64,000 nt of DNA from Malacoraja senta (GCA_038087875.1 CM075989.1:8992001-9056000), one strand, 5' to 3'; counted from the stretch's first letter, positions 48,031 through 63,108 are shown. Program-made: numbers and translations. Notes: generated by a model from the letters alone, not told the origin.

Positions 48031-49254
48031 GAGTCCATGTGCTGTATTGGGTGATCTGATGTGTTTGAGGGGTTTGGGAAGAGGAGGATGGGGACCCATC
48101 AAACTCCCCCCCCCCCCCCCTTTTCACTCACATTTGAGCCTTCGCAGTCCACAGGTAGACAGCTTACCTTGTTGGCTTGAAGAGCAGAATAAGGAAGATG
48201 ACCTTATATCACCACATCCATAGACTGCTGTAGTGTCATAGTCAGACAGCACGGCAACAGGCCTTTCACCCCAACTCATCCATGCTGACCAAGATGCCCC
48301 ATCTATAAGAGACTGAAAAAGGGTTCCGACCTGAAACGTCACCGATTCCTGTTCTCCAGAGACGTTGCCTGACCCGCTGAGTTGCTCCAGCATTTTGTGT
48401 CTATCCCCATCGAAGCTAATCCCACTTGCCCACATTTGGCCCATATCTCTCTGAATCTTTCCTATCCATGTACCTGTCCAAGTGTCTTTGGAAATGTTGT
48501 CATTATACCTGCCTCAACTACCTCCTGTGGCAGTTCATTCCATATACCCATCACCCACCAGTGTAGTTGTTGCCCCTCAGGTTTGTATTCAATCTTCCCC
48601 TCGCACCTTAAACCTTTGTCCTCTGGTTCTTTATACCCCTACCCTGGGTAAAGCGGTTTGATTCCCCTATCATGGAATTATAGTGAATTTAAGATGAAGA
48701 AGGCCCCCATTTGGCCCATCAAGTCTGGGCGGGCAGTATCTAGAACCAGTTTAAAAAAAAATGTTCAAAGCCTGATGATGACAGGACCCTCCAATGGAGC
48801 ACTGCAGAAGCCCCATCTTAAAACACCACTGAAACTTATGATAGGTGACAACAAACCACTCCCAGCTTAGCCAACTGTCAAAGCTCTACAGATCTTTAAA
48901 TGATACTTTAATACAGATAATTGATTGTAAGTATGAAGCCAATCCAAAATAGTTTTACCAATAACCTTTACCTCGCCTCTTCTTCTTTGCACTACTGTAA
49001 TCTTCATTGAAATCAATGGGGTTGCGAATATTGTGCTGGGTTTAACATGCTGCAGGATTTAAGGGCCAAATCCCCAGCATAAATATTGGGGAAACACAGC
49101 AAAACTGATCTCTGCCAGTGGCTCCATGTGGCAGCCATGTTCAGCACTCAATATCGTTTGGTGAACAGGGACCTCCACGTTGGACTATGCATATACTGAA
49201 ATCCCTGACATGTTGACAATTCAGGCAACATTTGCCGTATAATAAAGGTCCTAT

Positions 49255-49792
49255 TTTATCGAAGATGGACACAATAAGCTGGAGTAACTCAGCGGGACAG
49301 GCAGCATCTCTGGTGAGAAGGAATGGGTGACGTTTCAGGTCAAGACCCTTCTTCAGACTGAAAGTCACGGAAAAGGGAAGCGAGAGACATTGACGATGAA
49401 GTACGGAGATCAAGAACAATGTAAATGATGTAATGTAATGATGATAAAGGAAACGGGCCATTGTTAACTGTTTGTTGGGTGAAAACGAGAAGCTGGTGCG
49501 ACTTGGGTTGGGGAGGGATAGAGAGAGAGAGAGGGAATACTGGGGCTACCTGAAGTGAGAGAAATCAATATTCATACCACTGGGCTGGAAGCTGCCCAAG
49601 CAAAATATGAGATGCTGTTCCTCCAATTTGTGTTTAGCCTCACTCTGACAATGGAGGAGACCTAGGACAGGAAGGTCTGTGTGGGAATGGGAAGGAGAAT
49701 TAAAGTGTTTAAGAACCGGGAGATCAGGTAGGTTCAGGCGGACTGAGCGAAGGTGTTCAACGAAACGATCACCCAGTCTGCGTTTGGTCTCA
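49255..49792 (-). mobile_element. Penelope (Neptune) 3' fragment
   Basis: Reverse complement encodes ETKRRLGDRFVEHLRSV...LEEQHLIFCLGSFQPSGMN, then pLTR with hammerhead-like core. Confidence 0.85.
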
Positions 49793-49989
49793 TTTTATCT
49801 CTGACTTTTGCTGTTCCCAGCTGCTAACATCATCCTTTGGTCTCACACACCAAAGATAGCCAAGAGTATTTTATAGCCATATGTCGCAGTCAGAACAATG
49901 AATTTGTTGCTTGCACCAGCACAACAGACTATGTAAACATAATACTCTGTAAACCATATAATAAAGTTCAGTGTATGTATAAAGGCATG

Positions 49990-50663
49990 TACACACAGAC
50001 AGTCACACAGACAGTCACACAGACAGTCACACAGACACTCACACAGACACTCACACACACACACACAGACAGTCGCACAGACAGTTACACACACACACAG
50101 ACAGTCACACAGACAGTCACACAGACAGTTACACACACACACAGACACTCACACAGACACACAGACAGACAGTCACACACACACACAGACACTCACACAG
50201 ACACTCACACACACACACAGACAGTCGCACAGACAGTTACACACACACACAGACAGTCACACAGACAGTCACACAGACAGTCACACAGACAGTCACACAG
50301 ACAGTCACACAGACGGTCGCACAGACAGTCGCACAGACAGTCGCACAGACAGTCGCACAGACAGTCGCACAGACAGTCGCACAGACAGTCGCACAGACAG
50401 TCGCACAGACAGTCACACACACACACAGACAGTCACACAGACAGTCACACAGGCAGTCACACAGACAGTCGCACAGACAGTCACACACACACAGTCGCAC
50501 AGACAGTCACACAGACAGTCGCACAGACAGTCGCACAGTCACACACACGCGCACACACACACACAGACAGTCACACAGACAGTCACACAGACAGTCACAC
50601 AGACAGTCACACAGACAGTCACACAGACAGTCGCACCGAGTCACACACAGTCACACACGCACA

Positions 50664-50743
<80 letters not shown>

Positions 50744-50813
50744 TACACACACACATGCACAGACACACGCACACACACACACACACGCACACAGATACAC
50801 ACACACATGCACA

Positions 50814-50865
<52 letters not shown>

Positions 50866-50995
50866 TACACACACACATACACACAGAGATACGCACAGAC
50901 ACATAGACACATACACAGACACAGCCACACATACACAGACACACACACACACAGAGACACACTCAGACACACACAGACACACACAGACATACACA
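49990..50995. repeat. 12-bp (ACAGACAGTC[A/G]C)n array grading into (CA)n
   Basis: Direct reading. Confidence 0.95.
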
Positions 50996-52421
50996 AAGCC
51001 ACAAAACCCCAAGTCTGTGAAGTTCACAGCTTATTTGCAGGTTGTAGTATTTAATAGCTCGATGGTTATCGGGAAGAAACAGTTCCTGAACATGGATGTG
51101 ACAGTTTTCAGCCCCATCAGCCAAAATTTGGACTCCAGTCACAACCCAGCCAAACATAACCACTGTGATGATGAGGTGAAGCCCACTTTTGCCAGATAGT
51201 CTACATGCTCATGGATTAAAAAATAGAATGTACCAGAGGATAGTGGCAGGAAGATGATGAAATTTTTCTTTTGAAATGTGGAGTGACTCCGTGGGTCAGG
51301 CAGCATCCCTGGAGAACATGGATAGGTCATGTTTTCAAGACGGGACTCTTCCTCAGTTGCATCCCGACCCAAAACGTCAGCTATCCAGTTCTCCAGAGAC
51401 GCTGCCTAACCCGGTGAGTTACTCCAGCACTTTGTGCCCTTTTGTATAAGCTAGCCTCTGCAGTTCCTTGTTTCTACAGCTCCTCTACCTCTCTCAGTAC
51501 CAGGCAGGAACATTTGCCTGGATTATCTTATGTCGAATAGTGAAAGGCCTGGATAGATTGGATATGGAGAGGATCCAATCTCCTAGTATGGGTGTCAGGG
51601 GTTATGGGGAGAAGGCAAAAGAATGTGGTTGAGAGGGAAAGATAGATTAGCCATGATTGTGTGACGGAGTAGACTTGATGGGCCGAATGGCTTAATTCTG
51701 CTCTTATGACTTATGAACTTATGAATCTTCTATGCTCTGAGTGAGATGTGAATCCATCATCTTCTGACTCTGAAGTGGCTATTGCCTTGTGAGAGCAGAA
51801 CATCAGGAGATGTAACAAACGGCATGCCAACATTCAAACTCAATTTGTTTTGAAACTTGCTTCTACTAGCACAGACTAGATGGGCTGAACGGTGCCCTTC
51901 TACATCTTTAAATTAATTAATTCCATAATAGTCCATGGATGTGACAGTACAACGAGACCATCTTCCCTTTTGCCGCTGGTTCTTTGACAGTCCAAGGGGG
52001 CGCTCACTGTGGCTGTGCTCTGGGGGAAACGTTGCGGTATTGAGACCCCCCATCGTGGTCTCTGCTTGCTCATGTGCATCACCCATCAGATTCCTCATTC
52101 ACTGGGGAATTGTGTCTGAGTTGAATCACAGGATCTGGAGTGTTTGCCAAACCAGTCCCGAAACAGTTCAGTGGTTCAGTACTTGGCTTGATGTTGGCTC
52201 GGGCTGTCTAGCGTAGTATAATTCATTTCTCTAAATCATATTAAGGAATGATTCAGCGGTTTGCTTCTGAATGCTTTTATGTTACAGAAGCTGGACATTC
52301 AATCCATTATGTGCCTGCCAGCCCTTTGTCAAAACAGTGCTACACCAGTGCCAGTGTGACAACTATCTGTGGCATCCCTGCCTTGAGACTTTATCCCATT
52401 ACCTTTAGACTTCATAGAACG

Positions 52422-53385
52422 TTGGTAGACAAAAATGCTGGAGAAACTCAGCGGGTGAGGCAGCATCTATGAAGCGAAGGAAATAGGCAACATTTCGGGC
52501 CGAAACCCTTCTTCAGACTGATGTAAGGTGGGAGGGGGGGGGGGTGGGAAGAAGAAAGGAAGAGGAGGAGCCAGGGGGCTGAGGGAGAGCTGAGAAGGGG
52601 AGGAGACAGTGAGGACTACCTGAAATTGGAGGTCAAGGTTCATGCCGCTGGGGTATAAACTGCCCAAGTGAAATATGAGGTGCTGCTCCTCCAATTTCCG
52701 GTGGTCCTCACTCTGGCCATGGAGGAGGCCCAGGACAGAAAGGTCGGATTCGGAATGGGAGGGGGAGTTGAAGTGCTGAGCCACCGGGAGATCAGGTTGG
52801 TTATTGTGGACCGGAGGTGTTCGCCGAAGCGATCGCCAAGCCTCCGCTTGGTCTCACCGATGTAGATCAGCCGACATCTAGAGCAGCGCATGCAATAGAT
52901 GAGGTTGGAGGAGGTGCAGGTGAACCTCTGTCGCACCTGGAACGACTGCTTGGGTCCTTGAATGGAGTCAAGGGGGGAGGTCAAGCGACAAGTGTAGCAT
53001 TTCTTGCGGTTGCAAGGGTAAGTGCCCGGGGAGGGGGTGGTGCGGGAGGGAAGGGACGAACTGACCAGGGAGTTACGGAGGGAGCGGTCTTTGCGGAAAG
53101 CAGACGGGGGAGGAGATGGGAAGATGTGGCGAGTGGTGGGGTCACGTTGGAGGTGGCGAAAATGACGGAGGATTATTTGTTGTATGTGACGGCTAGTAGG
53201 GTGGAAGGTGAGGACAAGGCCCTTGTTACGAGTGGGGGGATGGGGAGAGAGAGCAGTGTTACTGGGTATGGAAGAAACCCTGGTGAGAGCCTCATCTATA
53301 ATAGGGGAGGGGAACCCCCATTTCCTGAAGAATGAGGACATCTCCGATGCCCTGCTGTGGAACACCTCATCCTGGGTGTAGATGA
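52422..53385 (-). mobile_element. 5'-truncated Penelope-like element (Neptune clade): RT thumb end, Cys linker, GIY-YIG endonuclease and pLTR
   Basis: ORF 52640..53365 with PCNRKKCYTC and NLIYCMRCSRCRLIYIGETKRRLGDRFGEHLRS; frameshifted tail in ORF 52467..52784; CTGAAGAAGGGTTTCGGCCCGAAA core. Confidence 0.95.
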
Positions 53386-53940
53386 TAATCTCTTCATAAA
53401 ATGTTGTCTGGACTAGAGTGCTTGCATTATAAGGTAAGAGTGAACAGGCTGGGACTATTTATCCTGGAGCATAGAAGGCTGAGGGCTGACCTGTGAAATT
53501 TAATAAAGTTATGAGGGGCATAGATAGGGTCAGTGCTTTTAGTTTGGACAACACTTGCGGTACATCAATCTCGTTTTCTAACTTCTTAGAGACTTATCGA
53601 CATGTATTATCACAAATTAGAAGTACATTACATTACAACCACATACATTAGTACTCGTCACTTATGTCTTCTTACAATTAATGTACTCCATTTGTTTTTT
53701 ACACTAGTAAAAGGAAAGGATAAGATTGAAAGAAAGAAGAAAGTGAAGGAAAAAGTGAGAGTGTAGAAAATGTGACAACAAAAAAGGACGAAGACCCTAT
53801 AAGAACAAAATTAAAAACAAAAGAAAAAGAGTTAAGAAATAGACCCTAGAAAAGAAGGAGAAAGAGAAAGAGGAAAAAGAGAGAAACAAATATAACTGAC
53901 TAGGATAGTCACCATCTTTTTTCCAGCGTAGGGGACCTTA

Positions 53941-54231
53941 CAGGTCAGGTCGGGGGGAGTTCCCCCCGCCACGGGTACCATGTAATCCCGTGCTACCTGC
54001 TCCATGGTCGGATAGTCGGCAACTAAACCGTCTCCCCCACCTGGTTTGCCAGGTGAGGAGGGGGCTGTGGACCCCCAGCAGGACCAAAAACAAGACCTGT
54101 CAAAGGGCGGATGAGCTCCTAGCGAGCCAACGGCCGTCCACACTTCAGTAGAAGTTGCGATCACTGTCGTACGTAGCATTGTAAGGCACCACCGTGCCCG
54201 TTGATGTTTTCAATGATGATGATGATGATGA
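53941..54231 (+). mobile_element. RTE-like non-autonomous retroposon (copy 3, internally deleted)
   Basis: Same 5' sequence as 32408; (TGA)n tail. Confidence 0.8.
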
Positions 54232-57200
54232 TGGAGTCTAAAATTAGAGGGCAGAGCTTTAAGGTGAGATATAAAGGAGATCTGAGGGAGAGTCTTTTCA
54301 CACAGAGGGTGATACATGAATGGATCAAGCTGCCACAGGATAGAGCTGAGGCAGATTACAATTACAATGTTTAAAAGACATTTAGACAGATAAGTGGATA
54401 GGAAAGGTTTGGAGGGACATGGGCCAAACATGGGGACATGGGATTAATGTAGAAAGGCATTTTGGTCAGCATGAACGAGTTGATCTAAAGGGACTGTTTC
54501 TTTGCTTAATGACTCTGAATGCAATGGTCCACGCCGAGACTGCCTATGGCCAAGCATTCCATGCTCCATCAGCCCTCAGAGTGAAGACATTTAGAGTAAT
54601 GTGCTCAGATTTTGGGCACCATGTTATAGAAAAGATGTTGTCAAGCTGGAAATGGTTTACGGGGATTCTGCCAGGACTCGAGGGTCTGAGCTGTAGGGGG
54701 AGGTTGAGCAGGCTGGGACTCTATTCCTTGGAGCGCAGGAGGATGAGGGGTGATCTAATAGAGGTGTACAAAATCATGAGAGGAATAGATCGGCTAAATG
54801 AAAAGTCTCTTGCCCAGAGTGATGGAATTGGGAACCAGAGGACAAAAGTTTAAGGTGAGGTGGGGGGGGGGGGATTTAATAAGAACCTGAAAGGTAACTT
54901 TCTTTACACAAAGGGTGGTGGGTAAATGGAACGAGCTGCCGGAAGAGGTAGTTGAGGCAAGTACTACTGAAACGTTTAAGAAATAGACAGATACATGGAT
55001 AGTGTTTAAGAAGGAACTGCAGATGCTGGAAAATCGAAGGTAGATAAAAATGCTGGAGAATCTCAGCGGGTGCAGCAGCATCTATGGAGCGAAGGAAATC
55101 CTTCGCTCCATAGATGCTGCTGCACCCGCTGAGTTTCTCCAGCATTTTTGTCTACCCGGGTACATGGATTGGCTAGGTTTAGAGGAATATGGGCCCAATG
55201 CACGCAGGTGGGACTAGTGCAGATGGGACATGTTGGTCAGTGTGGCCGGTGGGTCTGTTTCAACGCTGTAAGACTCTATTTGTTCAATCGACCCTCGGAT
55301 CACATCCTCCTGAGAAAGTGAAGCGGCCTCAGCCACACGGCCCACACCAGGAGATCCCTGCACCCCCACTAACTCTCAGCCCTTGTCTGCCGAACCTCCG
55401 CATCTCCATTCATAGCTGGAGGTAGATGTGTCCAGTGGTGTGCGGGGGGGGGGGGGGGGTTGTCGCGAGTGGTGCCATGTGCCAGCGGCACTCCCCTCTA
55501 ACCAGCCCCTCAACATCGTCCAACGTCCGCACTCCTCCTTGGCTTGTGAGCCACTGGGCTCGTGTGCTGCATCTGAAAGCGTTTACACATTGGTTGCGCC
55601 CCCTCGGGTTGCTCCCTACAAACACGTAGGAATTCAGAGCAGTCCGTTGTGTCAATTCACGAAGACTGAGGTGCATTGAGTAACTAGGCTGCCTGCCACT
55701 GTAAACAGAATGCTACATTTGGAGTCTATCCAAGCTCTATGTGAGAAACTACCTCCAGGGCTGGTCCACTGTGGGTCACTAATCTGACAAGCTCACGGCC
55801 CCCACTTGTGGTGCAGTGTGGACTCTTCCAGTCAAACTCGCATTTTCCCCAGAACACACTTTGTACAAGGTGTTAGCGCAAGGGTTGCCATGCCGACACT
55901 CTACAATATTCCCGAGCAACAGGTCGACGCCTCTTCACCATGAGGAATGATGCCCAGCTGAAATCCTGGGTGTCGCGGGCAGGGAAGGCTGGGCTCCGAG
56001 GCTTGGATCTCGACGTTGGGTTCACTGAAGCATATTACAACCAATGGTGCCTTCATGAACAAAGGAGAACCCGGCGTGGGGGAACTGCCATGGGGGGGGG
56101 GGGGAGAATAAAGGAAGACCTGGCGAGGGGGACCAGTCGCGAGGGAGGGGGGCAGAGAACAAACAAGGGCCCAGCTTGGGGGACCGCCATGAGGGATGTG
56201 GGAGGGGGCGGGGGGGAGAACAAAGGTGGACCTGGCGCGGGATACTTTGTAACATTGTCAGTGTCCTTTATGTGGCGACTATTTGCATACCTTGGGTTTG
56301 CAAGTAAAGAATTTCACTGTGACTTGTCACATGTGACAATAAGGAATTCGGTAACCTCTCGACATCATCTCTTTGTAGGTCAATTTGTTTGGATAAAAAT
56401 TGTAAATTGTCCCTCGTGTGTAGGTTGGTGTTACTGTACGGGGTGATCGCTGGTCGGTACGGACTTGGTGGGCCGAAGGGCCTGTTTCCATGCAGTATCT
56501 CCAAATTATATGAAGTAAATCACCGCCCACGCTCACCCCCCCCCCTGCCCAGCAACCTTCACCAAAACCCCTCTATCTTCCTTTAAGATGACTTTCATCT
56601 GTTACGTTATCGCAACTGATAGTTTGGTGTCAAGGTTGGGGAGACTTGTTACATCCAAAGTTTCTTTGAATACAAGCGTTGGTGAATACAACACTCATGG
56701 GTCACTTTCTTCCCCCCCTCCCCTCTCCCCAACCTGCATTTAGGCACACTGCCCAGAAGTGATGTTTAGTTTAGTTTGGTTTAATGTTTTTGTGTCGTGG
56801 AATTTTTCTTTAAACTGAGTGCAAATGGGATGAAATTTTTGCCTATAAACACTTCGCATGCTGGGGATGAATTATATTGAGACTTTAATTGGCTGTGCAA
56901 AAAATTTTAAACTATCCAGTTTAATGTGAAAGGGATGTGGTGTAGGGACTGTGATCGGATATTTACTAAAAGTACTGTTTACTTAGCAGCTTGGTACATC
57001 TTATTCCAATTTCGACATTTGTTGTAATGTTCATAGCAGCCTTGGAAGTAAGAGGTGTAGAAAGTTGCTGATATATACCGAAGATAGACCAAAATATGAG
57101 GTGCTCTTCCTCCATTTTGCATCCACAGGCAAATTTTGCTCGGGCACCTCACATTTGGCTTGGGCACCTTATAACCCAGCGGTATGAACATTGATTTCCC

Positions 57201-58139
57201 TAATTTCAAGTGATCCCTACATTCCCTCCCTCCATGCCCTCCCCCACCCCAGTTGTCCAACTAGATCTACTATTCGCATCCTTGTATCCCTTCGTTATCA
57301 CCTCTTTTCCAGACAACAATGGGCCATTATGGGCTCCACCTCTCCTTGGTCGTCTGTTGCCGGCCCTGCTTTGTTCTGGCCTTTTCGTACCTCCAGTTCC
57401 CTCGTCTCTACTTTCAGTCTGAATAGGGATCCCAACCCGAAACATCACCCATCCTTTTTCTCCAGAGATGCTGCCTGACCCGCTGAGTTACTCCAGCACC
57501 TTGTGTATATCTTTGGAAGCAAGAGGGCCTGATTGAGTCTGCCTTTTCTTGCCTCACAAAGAGGTGAACTTGATATTGATGGACTATTCAACATGACTGC
57601 TTCATTGATGGGAAGGGTGGGGAAGTGTGTTGTTAGTGGGGAATATCTTAGCATTAAACCCCATCAGTGAGACGAGCCTCTCATCTTACAATGGCACAGG
57701 GGAAGTCATCCATTAGTCCCATTTCTTCTCTGCCGCTCTCCCTGTTCATCTGTAACTCATTCTCCTTCACGCATGTCCATCAACTCCATTTTGGATACTT
57801 TTTGGAACCAACAGAATGGGGTAACTTCCAGAAGCCAATTCACATACCAGCTTATCTCACAGAGATCCCAAGGTCAGGATAGAACCCAACCTTCCGGGAG
57901 CAACTATTCCACAACAACATCTGAAAAGGGAAGTCCACGTTGTTCCACATTAACCCTCTTTGGTTTACTCCAGCATTTGCAGTTCCTTCCTACACTGAAG
58001 AAGGGTCTCGACCCGAAACGTTACCCATTCCTTCTCTCCAGAGATGCTGCCTGCCCCGCAGAGTTTCTCCAGCATTTTGTGTCCTCCTTCCTACACAAGT
58101 CCACCTTGTTTGTCTTTCTATAAGGCCTCCTCAACTACT

Positions 58140-58915
58140 GAATCTCCTGAAGTGCTTCACCGCATGATCTTGTGCCATGGTGTCAGAACAATAACCTGGT
58201 CCTTAACATCAGCAAGAAGAGAGAGTTGGCTGTTGACTTAAAAGGGACCTGGTCCCCTTCACACTAATATGGTGATCAATAAAGTACATCAGCATATTTA
58301 CTTTCTTAGGAGTCTGAAAAGATTTGGCCTGTCCACAATGATTCTCTCAAACTTCTACAGATGCGCTATGGAAATTATTTTGGAAAGATGCATCTCAGCC
58401 TGACGTAGCATCTGCTCTCCTCTTGACCGCATGAACCTGCAGAGAGTGGTGAGCCCAGTCCATCACAGGCTCGTCACTTCCCTCCATCCAGTCCACCTTC
58501 ATGGTGTGTTGCATCTGGTAGCCTAGATGTATCGTCAAGGATGCCGGTGACCTTGCCCATTCCCTTTACTCTCTTCCACCTTCTGGGAGAAGATTCAGGA
58601 GCAATAAAACCCAGATGTCCAGACTTAAGGACAGCTTCTTCCCAACGTCTATTTAGACTCTTGAAACAATTGCCTCTCACACTTTGGAGGTGCTGCCGTG
58701 TACTCTTACTCTTAACTCAACCTCATTCAGTTATCCTGTTATTGCAGTTGCTTTTTTCTATTACAGATTGCACGACAATTTTTGCCCATTCAGTCTGCTT
58801 TGCATTTGTTGTTGCACATATTGTATCAATTGTTTACTCTCAGTTTAATGCGAACTAGGAATTGCATCGTACCCTGCTGTGTATTACGATAAATTGGCCT
58901 GAAACTAAGCCAACA
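58140..58915 (+). mobile_element. Old Rex1/Babar RT/3' fragment
   Basis: HQHIYFLRSLKRFGLS..LSNFYRCAME-like translation; AGCTTCTTCCC..AGACTCTTGAA. Confidence 0.65.
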
Positions 58916-61900
58916 GAATACATTTGAAGAAGTCTGAAGAAGGGTTTCGACCCGAAACGTTGCCCATTTCCTTCGCTCCATACATGTTGCCTCACCCGCT
59001 GATTTTCTCCAGCATTTTTGTCTACCTTCGATTTTCCAGCATCTGCAGTTCCTTCTTAAACATTTGAAGTGCAGCTGACTTTGCAGTTTCAGGGACCATG
59101 GGAGCCCAGCCAGTTTATATACAGCAAGCTCCGACAACTTACAAGACCGGAGACACAAGCAACTGCAAATAGAGTCATACAAAGTGGAAACAGGCCCAAC
59201 TTTGGCCCAAACTGCCCACACCAACCAACATCCCCCATCTATGCTAGTCCCACCTGCTTGCGTTTGCCCATATCCCTCTAAACCTATCTTATCCACTATA
59301 ATTGTTTCATAAACATTGTTATAATCCCTGCCTCAACTACCTCCTCTTGCAGCTCGTTCCATGCACCCACCACCCTTATTCAGATAAAATGTGTCGGAAA
59401 GAACTGCAGATGCCAGTTTAAATCGAAGATAGACACTAATGCTGGAGTAACTCAGCGGGACAGGCAGCATCTCTGGAGAGAAAGAATGGGTGACGTTTCG
59501 GGTCGAGACCCTTCTTCACCCATTCCATCTCTCCAGAGATGCTGCCTGTCCCGCTGAGTTGCTCCAGCATTTTGTGTCTACCTTGTGTCAGATGTTGCTG
59601 TGGAATTGTTCTCCCAGAGAATTGGGTTCGATCCTGACCTTTGGACCTCTGTGTGGAGTTTGCATGTTGTCATATTAATGCCTGAATTTTCTCCAAAAGG
59701 CACAGATGCTGGAATTTTGAGCAAAGATTTTAAAAAAGTGCTGGAGGAACTCACTTGGATGAAGGTTGAAAGGGTCTGGACAAGGGGATGATAAGATAGA
59801 ATCAAGGTGTTCCATCTGAGTTCCTCCACCATTTTGTTTTTAATCTAAAAAGCGATTTGTTTTGGAGAGGAATATTGTCTAAAATATCAGAACTCCCTAT
59901 TCTTTCTCAAAGTTGTCCGAGGAATTTTAAGAGTCCTGTTCAGCAGCCTCAGTTGAGCATCTCATCCGTATGACTCTGTGATGCCCATATTCTGTGAGTA
60001 ATGTGGTTTACCCATCCTTGCTTTGTTTCATTGAGACACAAGAGACCGCAGATAATGGAATCGGGAGCATGGGATGAACTGCTTGGTGGATCTCAACAGG
60101 TCAGGCCGGGTCCATGGAGGGAAATGGACAGACGACGTTTTGGGTTGGGACCCTTCTTCGGGATGCAGCCTGACCTGCTGCGCTGCTCCAGCAGTTTGTT
60201 GATTTGTTACATTTGGCTCCATCTTATGTGCCCCACAAGAATAGGAATGAGATGGACTAATAGGAATGACGCCAATCTGGTCCTCTAGGCAGCCATGAGT
60301 TTTGAGTTGATCCCTTTAACCTGAATGTATCCCAGTTGTAGTATCAGCAATGCCGATCAATACGAGTGCAGTGATCACTCTGTTGTAGTTATCACTCTCT
60401 GCTTGCTGTTGTTGGGAGAAAATGTTCTGCAACTAACTTCGAGTGATCTGTCCAAATCATAAACCACCATCTCGCTGAATGCTCCTTGATAGATGCAGGG
60501 CTACGACTGATAATGTAATAAGGAGAGGGGAATTGGTACCAATGAGATTGCTGCGCTGGGAGCTGGCACTGACTCAATGGGCCGAATGCCCTCCTATGTT
60601 GTTGTAAGCATAAAGTTAGTGAGGTAGCCCCTGAGTGAACCAATAGCAAGAGTGAAACTATCTGGATTGTCTGGCATAAACAGGGTGTGATACTTGGGAG
60701 AATTTCACGCAAAACTCTTCCTTAGCTGGGCATTGCCTGCCCACCACTCTGGTGCTCATTGTCTTCCTTTGGATGCTGCTGTCACCAATGCCTCATTCAT
60801 GTGCCAATATCCCTCTGTGTCCTTGCCCCTTTCTGTTGTGCTCCCTGTGTTTCACTCCGAGCACGGTGTGCTCGATGAAATGATCTGCTGGGGGGAGTCG
60901 TAAGGGCAGATCCATTACCGGCATTTATAAGACATTTGGACTGGTGCTTGGGTAGGAAAGGAGTAGAGGGACACCGACCTAATGTGGATAAATGGCATCA
61001 AGATCAGTATGAACGAGCTGGGCTGAAGGGCCCATTTTCTGTCCAACTCTCACTCTGACTCTGCCTCTGCTAGCCCTACAATCTCCAGAAATACTGATCC
61101 CTCATGTATCCCCAAATTTAATAGCTCCGCCCCTGGAGGCCATGTCTTTAGCACTTCAACTCCTCAGTTCTCTCTCTATATTTCTCCCATGAAGATGCTC
61201 CTTTAAACCCACCTCTTTAAACAGGCGTGTAGTCACCTAAGATCTAGTTTAGGTACAGCGCGGAAAGAGGCCCTTTGTAGTATTTCAGATCACACCGACC
61301 AGCGATCCCCGCACATTAACACTAGTTCTACACACCACTACGGACAATTTGACATTTTATACCAAGCCAATGAACGGATTTGGAGTGAGGGAGAAAACTG
61401 AAGGTCTCAGAGGAAACCAATTATTTTTATAATGCTGTTATTTGTAACAGAGTTACAGATCAGGTCAGTTTGGCTCTAATATCCTGGTAAGTGACCCGGA
61501 AAACATTTTTCCGCTTCTTTGCTCGGTAATGCCAACTTGTACACTCGCCTACTCAGATATGGCATGTTACCGAAGCTGGGATTCATTGTCTTTGAGTTAT
61601 GTAATGTTGTACCTCCTATGAGCCTGGCTGGACACTGACGGGGCAAACACCATTCTAATATTCATCATGATTCAATCACTCACAAGGTCAGGTTTGCTGC
61701 CTTGGAGTGTTCCATAAACACGTCAATCGTGGCTCAGTTGGTTATTCTCCTACATCTGAAACAAATGTTTGCCTCAGAGTGAAATCCTGCTCAAATCCTG
61801 GTGCAGCTTTTCACATGACAATAAACGAAACTAAACTCTTCGACCGCCGACTGCGGGAGCTTCGATCGCCCCGACTGCGGATGGTTTGACTGCCCTGACC

Positions 61901-62219
61901 GTGGGAGAATAAAGAGGAAGAAGGTTGGACTTTATTGCCTTCCATCACAGTGAGGAACGTGGGGAATCAGCTGTGGTGGATGTTTATGTTAACTTGTATG
62001 TAGTTGTGTGTCTTGTTGCTGTTTTTAGTATGGCTTCATGGTAATTCGAGTTTCACTGTACCTTAATTGGTACACGTGACAATAAACTGACCTTTGACCC
62101 TTTGAACACGTGTGTACTGCCCAGGTGAGGCCTGCTGTATGATTTTACCGGGTTGTAAGAAAACAAAGCATTTCACTGTACCAAGGTACGTGTGACAATA
62201 AAGTATCATTGAATCATTG

Positions 62220-63108
62220 AATCAGCATCAATGGTGCCAAAGTAGAAATGGTCAGGAGCTTCGAGTTCCAAGGTGTAAGTATCACCAACAATTTGTCCTG
62301 GTCCAACCACTTTGAAGCTAGGCCCAAAAACGCACGTCAATGACGCTACTTCCTCAAGAGCCTAAACAAGTTCAGCATGTCTTCAACAACTCTTACCAAC
62401 TTCTGCAGATGCACCGTAGAAACCATCATATTGGCTGCATCGTAGCTTGATTTGGGAACAGCATTGTCTAAGACCTGAAGACTACTCCGAGAGTCGGGAT
62501 GTAGTCCAGCCCATCACACAGGCCAGACCAGCCTCCCTGCCATCGACACCATCTAACAATGCCTCAGAAATGCAGTCAATATAATCATTGACCTTTTTCA
62601 CCTTGGTTACTCCTTCTTCTCCCCTCTCCCATTGGGGGAGATACTAAAGAATGAAAGCATGTACCACCAGATGCAGGAACAGCCTCTTCCCCTCTTTTAT
62701 CAGACTATAATCCTTTTATCTATCACAGTCGCTGCCTGAAAAAGGCTGGCAGCATCATCAAGGACCCACATCATCCTGGCCACACACTCATCTCCCCGCT
62801 ACCTTCAGGTAGAAGGTACAGGAGCCTGAAGACTGCAACGTCCAGGTTCAGAAACAGGTTCTTCCCCACAGCCATCAGGCTATTGAACTCAACTCAAACT
62901 AAAGTCTGAACATTAATAGCCCATTATCTGTTTATTTGCACTTTATCTGTTTTATTTATTCATGTGTGTATATATTTATACAATGGTATATGGACACACT
63001 GATCTGTTCTGTATTCATGCCTTCTATACTCTGTTGTGCTGAAGCAAAGCAAGAATTTCATTGTCCTATCTGGGACCCATGACAATAAACTCTCTTGAAT
63101 CTTGAATC
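62220..63108 (+). mobile_element. Two Rex1/Babar 3' fragments in tandem
   Basis: SIIKDPHHPGHTLISPLPSGRRYRSLKTATSRFRNRFFPTAIRLLN at ~62750-62890; tail ATGACAATAAACTCTCTTGAATCTTGAATC. Confidence 0.85.

Noticed and set aside
49837..51054. 405-aa Thr/His/Gln-rich ORF
   Set aside because: Translation of the 12-bp/CA array
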